The translations under genes and the position numbers were made by a program. A DNA stretch of 64,000 nt, taken from Octopus sinensis. Its lineage: Eukaryota. Positions within the stretch are counted from its first letter, which is position 1; the number at the start of each line of letters is the position of its first letter. Of this stretch, positions 1-10,107 are shown piece after piece. The notes under the pieces are model-generated. The model was not told the origin of the DNA and made no database searches. It worked only from the letters and a program-made list of their open reading frames with translations. Location of the stretch: contig NC_043002.1 in the NCBI RefSeq assembly GCF_006345805.1, forward strand, positions 54,994,001-55,058,000, in the 5' to 3' direction.

Positions 1-90
1 ATCGTCTCCAGCTGGCTATATAACACGATCTGTGTCCGTATATTTTCGAACAAGGACACTGCTCGTGTCGTATAGCCAGTTGGAGACGAT
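1..90. repeat. Near-perfect inverted repeat / hairpin (may extend left of the window)
   Basis: ATCGTCTCCAGCTGGCTATA (1-20) pairs with TATAGCCAGTTGGAGACGAT (71-90) with one G:T; inner stems AACACGA/TCGTGTC and GTGTCC/GGACAC. Confidence 0.85.
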
Positions 91-233
91 GTCTCCTGGG
101 GCTAAATTACAGCAACATTTGTCCTAAACCAGGACTGCCATGTTATGCTGGCAAACAATCTTTACTCCAAAGTACTGTTGCTGAATATCTCTCGTTGTAA
201 GATTTACAAATAATTTTCTAATGATCCCCTTAG

Positions 234-518
234 TTCTTCATTCTGGACATGGCACCTAAAGAAAGAAAAACCATTACAGGGAGGACAAATGTCATTGTGA
301 CATTCATAGCTTTCCCAAAATATACAAGCAGTCCCCATAAGGTGAAATTGCTTCAACTGGGAACTGAAACCATGTCACAAGATGTCATAGGTAACGTTTT
401 ATTACCTCACACCTTCCATGATTTGATTATATTGAACTCAGACATTCTAAAATGGTTTCCTGAGAAGGAGCGGGCAGTTTCCACCATCCTCGTCGGTTCA
501 TTCAGACTGAGGAATTAA
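234..518 (+). CDS. Candidate coding exon of an unidentified gene (internal exon 234-390, or terminal exon to the stop at 518)
   Basis: Acceptor-like CCCCTTAG at 226-233; open, non-repetitive frame FFILDMAPKERKTITGRTNVIVTFIAFPKY...KWFPEKERAVSTILVGSFRLRN*; possible donor AG|GTAACG after 390. No family recognised. Confidence 0.3.
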   Translation, partial: FFILDMAPKERKTITGRTNVIVTFIAFPKYTSSPHKVKLLQLGTETMSQDVIGNVLLPHTFHDLIILNSDILKWFPEKERAVSTILVGSFRLRN

Positions 519-987
519 TATTCAGTTTCAACTGCTGTTTTTTTCTATTTCACTTTCTGTTTTGACGAAAGACCAGCGTTCAAAACGTGGAAATATTTTT
601 GCTTCCACAGTGTTCAGTACATTGGCTTTACAGTTTGTCCGAGTTTTATTTTCTATTTTACACTTAACCATGTCCAGCCTGCATATTAGTCTCTCTCATT
701 TCATCTCACATTTTCCTCAAATTTCTGTTCCGTGTTGATCACTTTAATGAATACGATAGTTTAGGTGAGATCATTGAGGTGAAACCAAAATTCGCCTCAC
801 TTGTGTATCTTAAAGGAGTGGCTGACATTTATTTGGGTTTTTTCCTTCTTTCTTTAAATCTCTAAAGAAAAAAATGTGAAAATAAGGAGGGGAAAATGGA
901 AGGGAAGACTGGTAGGAGACATCATCATTCTTGTTGTCCTGCTTCCCAACGTTTGAACAAAGGCTGCTATTTTTCCTCGAAAAATAA

Positions 988-1032
<45 letters not shown>

Positions 1033-1554
1033 CATTATTATTATGATTATGATGATGATGATGATGATGTCCTACTTCCATCTCGTTTCATGGTCTACTT
1101 CCGCCTGTTTGTCGCGGCGATGAAATGGTAATGGATCACGGATAGAACATTCATTGAAGAGGATGAGAAAGGGGTGGGGGAGAAAGGGGAAAGAAAGTTA
1201 AGAGAAGATATAAGAGATTGATATTCCAACTGAACAGCCGTGAGTTCGTTTTGTGACAAGGGCGTTGGTGTTGTGCGTAATTGAAAGTTTTGTGGAATAT
1301 TGAGTCGTTGCTGCTTGTTATGTATTATAGAATAATTTCAAGGTAATGTAGTCTAGTTTAAAGAAATGTTATACAGTGTGTCCCATAGGTATGGCAGATT
1401 TTCTAACATAAACCATATTTAAATGAAATGTTTATCTAATTCACTCATGGGCGACTGGCGGCTCGCAGGACTTTCTGAGCGACACGGCACGCTTCTTGGA
1501 AAATGTTGCACATACCTGGTGTAATCTATCTGACATCCTTTATGTACGAGAACA

Positions 1555-1812
1555 CATCGTGGAAGTGCAATAAGCCCAGCGGATTCGCGGACGTGGGATC
1601 GCGGTTTCGATTCCCAGACCGGGCGTTGTGAGTGTTTGAGCGAAAACACCTAAAGTTCCATGAGGCTCTGTGTCACGCTGAATCTCTCTGAGAACTACGT
1701 TAAGGGTACACGTGTCTGTGGAGTGCTCAGCCACTTGCACATTAATTTCACGAGCAGGCTTTTCCGTTGATCGGATCAACTGGAACCCTCGTCGTCGTAA
1801 CTGACAGAGTGT
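1555..1812 (+). mobile_element. Composite SINE: tRNA-like head fused to the 3' body of SINE family D
   Basis: B-box-like GGTTTCGATTCCC; 3' body GTGCTCAGCCACTTGCAC-ATTAATTTCACGAGCAGGCT...GGAACCCTCGTCGTCGTAAC shared with 27067-27372, 33015-33308 and 55320-55470. Confidence 0.75.
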
Positions 1813-2070
1813 CACGAGCAAGAACACACAACCCCTCCCCCTCGAGTTTTTCTTTTTAACTGGTACCGCGATAAATGAGAAACAAATCCTTAGAATACTT
1901 TAGAATTGAATACTAAGTGATGCAAATTTGCATTAACCGAAAATCGAACCCCAATGTCCGTCTTCACTTACAAGCTCGAAGATGACATTACAAAGCCGGT
2001 TACGTAAAGTTTGTGAGTTTACGAAGAAATCGATGAAAAAATAAAGAATAAAGGAAATATACAAATATAC

Positions 2071-2395
2071 AGGCGCAGGTGTGGCTGTGCGGTAAGAAAT
2101 TTGCTTCTAATCCACATGGTTCTGGGTTCAATCCCACTGCGTGGCACCTTGGTCAAGTGTCTTCTGCTATAGCCCCAGGCTAACCAAAGCTTTGTGAGTG
2201 GATTTGGTGGAAGGAAACTGAAAGAAGCCCTTCGAGTGTGTGTGTGTCCCATCACCGCTTGGCAACTTAGCGGTTCGGCAAATATGTACCAGGCTTAAGA
2301 GAAAGAGAATTCAGTCTTGGGATCGATTCAGCTAAAAAACTAAAAAATTCTTCAAGGTAGTGCCCCAGCATGACCACATCCTAATGCCTAAAAGA
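2071..2395 (+). mobile_element. tRNA-derived CORE-type SINE (family A), internally deleted
   Basis: A box TGGCTGTGCGG, B box GGTTCAATCCC, CORE-like GCGTGGCACCTTGGTCAAGTGTCTT, tail GTGCCCCAGCATGACCAC; about 20 copies in the window. Octopus OR/OK SINEs are published; exact family not verified. Confidence 0.85.
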
Positions 2396-2679
2396 AAGTG
2401 AAAGTAGTATTCCCCTTCCCTTCCGTTAAAAGATTTATTGGGTGGGATAAGGTAGAGCACCTCCTCTTTGACCTTCACCTTTCATTCCAAATCCAGCTTG
2501 AAAAAGTCGAGGTGACAGGGAAGGAAGAAGAGGGGGTTGACTAAAGAAGGAATTGCCTTCAGTCTGTTTTTTAGCTTCGGTCACCCCACATCCTCGCCAC
2601 AGAGAAAAGCTGTTCTATGTCCTTCCCAGGCTAAAGGAGGACGGTGGGGGTGAGGTGTTTATCCGTCCGTTGTTCGAAC

Positions 2680-3090
2680 AAATGCCATCAAGTGACACTG
2701 AGGTACAAATATACGAAACCCAGTATACCCATCAAGACTACCCGTCTGATAAGGGTACACCAGGCACATGCGGTGAACTTATATCAAGATAAACAGCGCA
2801 TGACCTTGCAGGTGGGGCCTAAGTTAGAATTTTCTTCAAGTCGAGTAACCCATCCCGTTCAAGAGGTCCCTGAATAAGGATTGTTTAAGGATGTTTGAAA
2901 GAAACACCCATGTTTCCAGAGGTGAATTATCCAAACCCCAAAAGAATCCCTTTCAACACATGGATATGATGCTCTCCCACTACTTCTGCTCGTGATCAGA
3001 GATGCACATATCGTCAGCCACTAAGGGACATGCGCAACTGGTTAAGGTCAAACAACTGAGAAGCAAATCTGTACCATTGTGGCCTATCTT
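2680..3090. mobile_element. Interspersed repeat family F, CpG-intact copy
   Basis: Colinear with 20130-20600 and partly with 63530-63630 (opposite strand). Confidence 0.8.
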
Positions 3091-3989
3091 TTACATCAAG
3101 ACAAAACAGTATTACTATTATTGTCGTTGTTGTTGCTGTTAGAGATTCTGTTTTATTTATTTATTTTTTTTCGTCTGTTATCTCTGGTTTTTGTCTTTGT
3201 TTTATTCATCTCCTATTTCGTTTCTGCATCTTGGTTTTCTCTTGCTCCTCTCTCCTCCTATTCCTCCCTGTCTCCCCCCCTCTACTATGTTGATCTATGT
3301 AAATAAAAGAATGTGTCATTATGTATAAACATGAACCAAGATGCGCCGCCAACAGGTGTGTACGCGCGCGCGCGCGCGTCAGTGTTTGTTTGTGCGTGTG
3401 TGTGTGTTTGTTTGTTTGCTTGTGTGTGTTTGCGTGACGGAAGGTGGGGGGAGGGGGAGGAAAGAGGCCGCCGAGTTTACTGACCGACAATATAAGCCAC
3501 ACTTTTCGAACTGGAGAAAGACTGGGTGAGCGACAGGTGAGTTAGTTGTTTAGCGAAACATCATCATCAGGATCATCATCAGCAGCAGCAGCAGCTACAA
3601 GTAAAATAAATTTTTATTAGCTACAAGGTCCACATAAATACACAAATATTACAGTAACATAGGCTTAAATAACACAATTCATATACGTGTGTATGTGTGT
3701 TAACTTGTATCACTTGCTAGTACACGGACTGGTCACGGCTGGATCGCATTTAATAAGAAGAATGAAGGATATAACATCGGAGTAAGAGTGTAAACATCAC
3801 AAGGTATTGAATCTGTTTATCAGAGTCGGTAGAGCATCGAGCAAACTACCTTGTAATATTTATGGTTGAATAGAGATTGGAACGGATAAGCTCTGGTCGA
3901 AATGCCGAGATTTGTCACCTGACATTTAGTATTATGTCAAGCGCTCATCCGACTCTAGAAGTTGGACGAAATAACCTGTTGGAAAGACG

Positions 3990-4205
3990 CCGAGCTGGCA
4001 AAATCGTTAGCATGTCGAGCGAAATGCTTAGCGGTATTTAGTCTGTGTTTACGTTCTGAGTTCAAATTCTGTGGAGGTCAACTTAGCCTTTCATCCTTTC
4101 GGGGTCGATAGATTAGGTACCAGTTGCGTACTGGAATCGATGTAATCGACTGGTCCTGGTCCCCTCCCACCAAATTTCAGGCCTTGTTCCTAGTGTAGAA
4201 AAGAA
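3990..4205 (+). mobile_element. SINE family B (Meta/MESC-like central domain)
   Basis: GAGCTGGCAAAATCGTTAGC head, TTCTGAGTTCAAATTC, GCCTTTCATCCTTTCGGGGTCGATA..AGGTACCAG; more than 12 copies. Domain name from recall. Confidence 0.8.
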
Positions 4206-4369
4206 ATAACCTGTTGGAAGTCAACTCTTGCAGCAGTGGTGAACAACAAATTCGATTGGGATGCCACACGCGTGTGTGGACAGTGTATATGTATGTATGT
4301 GTGTGTGTGTGGGGGGGGGGGCTGGAGAGCTAGAATGACAAGGGAGATAAGCAGAGAAATTTATAGTCA

Positions 4370-4600
4370 GATATGGAAGATAGATAGGTGGGTAAATAGA
4401 TGGGTGGATAGATAGATACATACATAGATGGATAGATAGATGGATGGATAGATAGAAAGATAGATAGATAGAGGGGTAGATAGATAGATAGATAGATAGA
4501 GGGGTAGATAGATGGCTGGCTGGTAGATAAACGGGTGAAAGATAACTGAACAAATAAGATTGATGAAAAGATAGATGGATGGTTTGTGTGATAGACAAGT
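4370..4600. repeat. (GATA/GGAT)n microsatellite
   Basis: Directly visible tetranucleotide array. Confidence 0.9.
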
Positions 4601-5264
4601 TTGATACAAAGGTAAGGCTAAAAAAAAGAAAAGAAAATCAATAAAGATAGAAGATGAGAAAGATTTAACGTTTGGTTAGTTTAGTTTATCCATTTATCCG
4701 GTTGGCTTAGAAGAAATAAGTGAAGTCAATCTTCTTGCGAACGAACAAGCTTATAGCAAGATGTGACGACCGTCATATGAGATGACAAAGAAGAGAGAAG
4801 GTGATGGCGGTGGGGAGGAAACGTAGATGACAGCGGACTGGAGTTGGAGGGGGAGGGTTACAAAACAGGGTTCAGATGGCAGTGATGATGATGATGATGA
4901 TGAAGGTAGTGAGGGCAGAGACAGGTTTTATGTGATGTGTAAAGTTGATAGGGGCAAAACGAAGTTGGTGAAGCTAGGGACAAAAATTTCTCATCCTTCG
5001 ACCGTTGTCGAGAAATGTAGCCAGTGAAATTAGGTAAACAAAACATGCGTGACACCAATGCACTCGTTGTTGTTGTTGCTGCTGCTGTTGTTGTTAGAGC
5101 AGATAACGTCACATGTGTGCGTGTTCAACATTTTTGTAGGTTTTGTTTTCTTGTATTTTCTAGTTTTACATTCGTTTTCGCTCTGCTATGCTAAGCACGT
5201 TTCTCCCTCTCCCCCGCTATCTAGTTTGTATCTACCATAATATCTATCTATCTATCTATCTATC

Positions 5265-5269
<5 letters not shown>

Positions 5270-5307
<38 letters not shown>

Positions 5308-5964
5308 TCTTTCGGTATTGGTCTACAGAGTGTCGGTGTTAGGAGACGATGTCACTCACCCTCCTCTTTTAGCATAGCCTCTTTATCTATGTCATGAAGG
5401 GAAGTTGTGAGTGAACGATGTCGTCTACCAATACCGAAAGAGTGTGGGTCCGAAACAGTAAGGACTTCTGGTAACTTGACTGAAGAAAGAAGGCTACGAA
5501 TAACCCGTCTTTTTTCCCTGTCCTTCTAATTGGTGTTTCTCTTGTTCGTCTTTGTATCGTCTATCTGTCCTCCGAATATTTTATTGTCCTCTATTGCGTT
5601 TTTGTTCCATATATATATAGGCGCAGGCGGGCTGTGTGGTAACAGCTTTTGTTATATTTCTGCTGCTTTTAAATAAAGCATATTACTCTACCTCTGGTAT
5701 TTGTGTACTTTTTTCCCCACTTTGTTTCACATTTATGTGCTTACTCCGGTGTTGTATCTATCTATCTATATATATATATATATCTCTATATATATATTGC
5801 CGCGTGGAAGGTGTTTATAAGCCATTTAAGAAACACACAAAAACCGTTAGATTAACTTCAACATTTAAATTTAAATGGCTTATAAACACCTTCTACGCTG
5901 CAATTGTTTTCGTTCCAGCACACGATCTCAGATCAGGTCACTTGCTATGCAAGTACATCTCCCT

Positions 5965-6015
<51 letters not shown>

Positions 6016-6432
6016 TAATAATAATATTAGGGAATAAATCCAAACTTACAGGGAAAAATTAGATTTAGGATTAAATCCAATTTTATAGTATAAATATATT
6101 ATATTATATTATATTATATTAAATTAGAGATAAAACCACTATTAGGCAAATCAAACAGTGAAAAACATAAGCCAATACATAAAGTTAATTTAAAAATATA
6201 AAAGTTAAAAATTAAAAAAATATTAAAATAATTTAAACTTATAAATTATAAATATATATATATATATATATACAAATATATATATATGTATGTATATTTT
6301 TATATTTATATATTATTTTGTTTATTAATTAATTAATTTTTTATTTATTTTTTTTTAATAAATATCAAAAGTATTAAAAGTTTAATAAAAGATAAAGTGT
6401 AAAGAGTAAAACACACACACATATATATATAT

Positions 6433-6466
<34 letters not shown>

Positions 6467-7123
6467 GCGATCTTCGGTATTGGTCTACAGAGTGTCGGTG
6501 TTAGGAGACGATGTCACTCACCCTCCTCTTTTAGCATAGCCTCTTTATCTATGTCATGAAGGGAAGTTGTGAGTGAACGATGTCGTCTACCAATACCGAA
6601 AGAGTGTGGGTCCGAAACAGTAAGGACTTCTGGTAACTTGACTGAAGAAAGAAGGCTACGAATAACCCGTCTTTTTTCCCTGTCCTTCTAATTGGTGTTT
6701 CTCTTGTCCGTCTTTGTATCGTCTATCTGTCCTCCGAATATTTTATTGTCCTCTATTGCGTTTTTGTTCCATATATATATAGGCGCAGGCGGGCTGTGTG
6801 GTAACAGCTTTTGTTATATTTCTGCTGCTTTTAAATAAAGCATATTACTCTACCTCTGGTATTTGTGTACTTTTTTCCCCACTTTGTTTCACATTTATGT
6901 GCTTACTCCGGTGTATCTATCTATCTATATATATATATATATCTCTATATATATATTGCCGCGTGGAAGGTGTTTATAAGCCATTTAAGAAACACACAAA
7001 AACCGTTAGATTAACTTCAACATTTAAATTTAAATGGCTTATAAACACCTTCTACGCTGCAATTGTTTTCGTTCCAGCACACGATCTCAGATCAGGTCAC
7101 TTGCTATGCAAGTACATCTCCCT

Positions 7124-7174
<51 letters not shown>

Positions 7175-7593
7175 TAATAATAATATTAGGGAATAAATCC
7201 AAACTTACAGGGAAAAATTAGATTTAGGATTAAATCCAATTTTATAGTATAAATATATTATATTATATTATATTATATTAAATTAGAGATAAAACCACTA
7301 TTAGGCAAATCAAACAGTGAAAAACATAAGCCAATACATAAAGTTAATTTAAAAATATAAAAGTTAAAAATTAAAAAAATATTAAAATAATTTAAACTTA
7401 TAAATTATAAATATATATATATATATATATATACAAATATATATATATGTATGTATATTTTTATATTTATATATTATTTTGTTTATTAATTAATTAATTT
7501 TTTATTTATTTTTTTTTAATAAATATCAAAAGTATTAAAAGTTTAATAAAAGATAAAGTGTAAAGAGTAAAACACACACACATATATATATAT

Positions 7594-7627
<34 letters not shown>

Positions 7628-7630
7628 AGA
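5270..7630. repeat. ~1163-bp near-identical tandem duplication (about 5270-6450 and 6450-7630)
   Basis: GCGATCT at 5304 and 6467; ORFs 5636 and 6798 are nearly identical; differences are mostly 1-3 nt indels. Confidence 0.95.
6010..6200 (+). mobile_element. AT-rich repeat, probably Penelope-like-element derived (TTAGGGAATAAATCCAAACTTACAGGG family)
   Basis: Same sequence at 7180-7360, 18700-18775 and, inverted, at 19100-19250, where it is joined to hammerhead cores. Confidence 0.55.
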
Positions 7631-8381
7631 GAAACAAGTAAAAGCTAATATAATATAATGCAATTTTATTGCGACTTTCGGTTTGAGACAATTCGCCATC
7701 TCAGGCTGGCCATGTTCTTTCCAAATTCCAGCAAACCCTTCTCTTCCTTCACCCCCTCCACCATAGAAGACAAAGAAAAAAAAAGAACAATAACAACGCC
7801 CCCCCCCCTCCAAAAAAAAAACAACAACCGACAAACCTAAACAACTCGAAGCAAATCGAAAAAAAGAGACACTGTGGTTGGTTACTGTGTATGTGTGTGT
7901 TCTCAGCATTCCTTCTCCTCATCCTTCCTACTCCCTCTTCATTAACGCATGAAGGTCTTTGATCGTAACGTTTAGATATTGTCTTTTTCGGCAAACCGCG
8001 CTCTCTCTCTCTCTCTCTCTCTCTCCTTCTCTCTCACACACATTGTTAGGGCTGGCGTCGTTAAGACGTCAGTTCAATTTATGGTAGTCGCTGTGAACGT
8101 GTTGAAGGTCCATTAGACAATATAATATCGTGGAAAAACGTGGGGGTGAAAAAACAAGTATCGATGTTGTTGTCCCTATCACTTTACACCAGTGATTCCG
8201 AACTGGGGTCCATATGGGCCCTTGGCCGGCGGGGAGGGGGCATATAAAATTGTGTTGTTTAAATTTGTGTGCAATAACTTGTTTATATTTCTACAACACA
8301 CAAAATGTTTAAACATTTTTTTATATTATTATTTACATTATTTACATTTGATGGGTATTTGTCCTCATCTTGTTTGTTGTT

Positions 8382-8427
8382 AACACGACGTTTCGGCTGA
8401 TATACCCTCCAGCCTTCATCAGGTGTC
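8382..8427 (-). ncRNA. Minimal type-I hammerhead ribozyme
   Basis: Minus strand: GACAC-CTGATGA-A-GGCTG-GAGGGTATAT-CAGCC-GAAA-C-GTC|GTGTT. Intact core, 5-bp stems I and II, loopless palindromic stem III (ACGT). Confidence 0.8.
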
Positions 8428-8510
8428 TTGGGGAAATTTCGAATCTGGGTTCTCATTCCTAAGGTATTTTTCGATGTTGTTGTTATTATTATTCAGGTCA
8501 CTCACTGCCT

Positions 8511-8630
8511 GGGCATATGGCGTCGTGGTTAAGAGTTCAGGCTACTAACCCCAAGATTCCGAGTTCGATTCCAGGCAGTGACCTGAATAAAAATTTTAAT
8601 AATAATAATAATAATAATATCGAAAAATAT
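8511..8630 (+). mobile_element. tRNA-like SINE head plus (AAT)n linker; inverted partner of the hammerhead-bearing copy at 8330-8510
   Basis: A-box-like TGGCGTCGTGG (8518-8528), B box GTTCGATTCC (8563-8572); CCAGGCAGTGACCTGAATAA...ATCGAAAAATA mirrors 8465-8512. Confidence 0.75.
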
Positions 8631-8940
8631 AATAAATGTTGTTTCCTTGTTGACTTATATTCAGGTCCCCTTCGTATGAAATAATTATTTTTGCCATTAT
8701 GTTGAAGTTTTGTTATTTAATCATAAATCGATGAGGGCACCCCTATGTGTTAACTTGATATGCTAGAAATAGCAGCTAGATATCCTTCAAACCCACCACC
8801 CTGTTATCTTAAAAGAAAAATGCAGTGACTAATGGAATCTTTGCCGTGGCTATCGTGAGAAATTGTGTAAGTTTCAACGGAGTTACTTTCGGATCCTACA
8901 GGGAAGAGAGTTGGGCTAGTTCCACACATTCAGGACTTAC

Positions 8941-9231
8941 GAGGCCTCTCTTTGGATCTCCGGACCCTCCGTGGATCTGGAGGACCTTCGTTGGATTTCC
9001 GGACACCTTCTTTGATCGCCGAGCTTCTCCTTGGATCTCTAAATTTGTTCTTGGATTTCCGGGATTTTTTTCGTGGATCTCTGGACCACTCCTTGAACCT
9101 CTGAGTTCCTTCTCGGATTTCCGGGCCCTTCTTTGGATTTCTAAGCACCTCCTTGGATTTCCAGACGCTTTGGATCGCTGGACACCTTAGATCTTCTGGC
9201 ACTTTGGATCCCCGGTCATCTCTGTTCGCAA
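8941..9231 (-). other. Diverged 20-nt-unit minisatellite bounded by canonical splice sites (candidate 291-nt phase 1-1 exon)
   Basis: Minus strand: TTTTCTTTTTTATATCACACAG| ... |GTAAGT; units such as GGAAATCCAAGGAGGTGCTT and AGAGATCCAAGGAGAAGCTC; one frame open throughout. Confidence 0.4.
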
Positions 9232-9364
9232 CTGTGTGATATAAAAAAGAAAAAATAGTGAACTTTGCTAAAGAGATGACAGATAACAACGGGTAGAAGA
9301 GGGATTTGAACTGAGAGCGCACTGGAACAGAACTCCAAAATACCTTTCGTTCGATACTCTACTG

Positions 9365-9603
9365 CAATGGTTCTCAATGAGGTCCATGAAAGATTTTGTT
9401 GTTTAACTTTATCTACAATAAATCGGTTATATTTCTTCAAAAAACAAAAGGTTTTAACAAATTTTTTAATACAATTAAATATATTTAGTTATAAAAATAT
9501 AAAATTTCTTTTTTTTATACATCGAATGGCTATTAGGGTCCATCTGAATATATTAGGAATCAAAAGGCGTCCATAGCCCAAACAAAATGGTTGAGACCCA
9601 CTG
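9365..9603. mobile_element. hAT/Charlie-type MITE
   Basis: TIRs CAATGGTTCTCAA ... TTGAGACCCACTG (11/13); degenerate 8-bp TSD CTCTACTG/CCTTGCTG. Confidence 0.7.
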
Positions 9604-9652
9604 CCTTGCTGTCGTCTTCCATGGAAATCACAGTACTAACGGGGTCTTTCTA

Positions 9653-10107
9653 GGAAAGACTTCCACCCGTCCCCCCTATTTTCTCGCAAATTATTATTAT
9701 TTTATTTTGCCAAAAATCCACGTTTTCGGATACGGAGGTTCTGGAAAATTGCCAAAAATCGGAATTTTGAAATTTCTTCCTCCTCTTCCCTACCAAATTT
9801 CTTCATTTTTCACTTTTTTCGGTAAACCTAACCCTAACCGTAAGTAGAAAAATAATTTGAAATATTTTTTCAGAATCATAATCTCCGTATTTTCTCACAT
9901 ATTTTGACAAAAAAATTCCGAAAAAAGTGAAAAATGAAGAAATTAGGGGTGAAAGTGGGGGAGGGGGTATTTTCAAAATGCCGATTTTGCCAATTTTTTT
10001 TTTTGCAGATTCGTATTCTCCGTAGCCGAAAATGGGGGTATGTGTAGAAAAAAAAATAAAGGGGTGTTTTTTGGTGGTGGTGGGGAGGTACAAAAGGAAG
10101 TCTTGCC
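9653..10107. mobile_element. Mutator/foldback-type non-autonomous element
   Basis: Ends GGAAAGACTTCC ... GGAAGTCTTGCC; long imperfect inverted arms including exact TTCTTCATTTTTCACTTTTTTCGG / CCGAAAAAAGTGAAAAATGAAGAA; perfect 11-bp flanking direct repeat GGGTCTTTCTA (9642-9652, 10108-10118). Confidence 0.85.

Noticed and set aside
560-592. TTGACGAAAGACCAGCGTTCAAAACGTGG, hammerhead-like
   Set aside because: Both core segments are mutated (TTGACGA, CAAAA) and stems are unpaired; at most a dead relic.
5636-7196. Two identical-looking 132-133 aa ORFs (MVTAFVIFLLL...)
   Set aside because: They start at GTG in a SINE head fragment and run through a mosaic of repeat pieces and (TA)n; the duplication reflects the tandem repeat.
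8511-8577. Functional tRNA gene
   Set aside because: A/B boxes are present but there is no convincing acceptor stem, and it continues into a repeat body; treated as a SINE head. The same applies to all other tRNA-like heads.
8950-9215. CRISPR-like array
   Set aside because: Units are contiguous, diverged ~20-mers without unique spacers; eukaryotic context with no cas genes.
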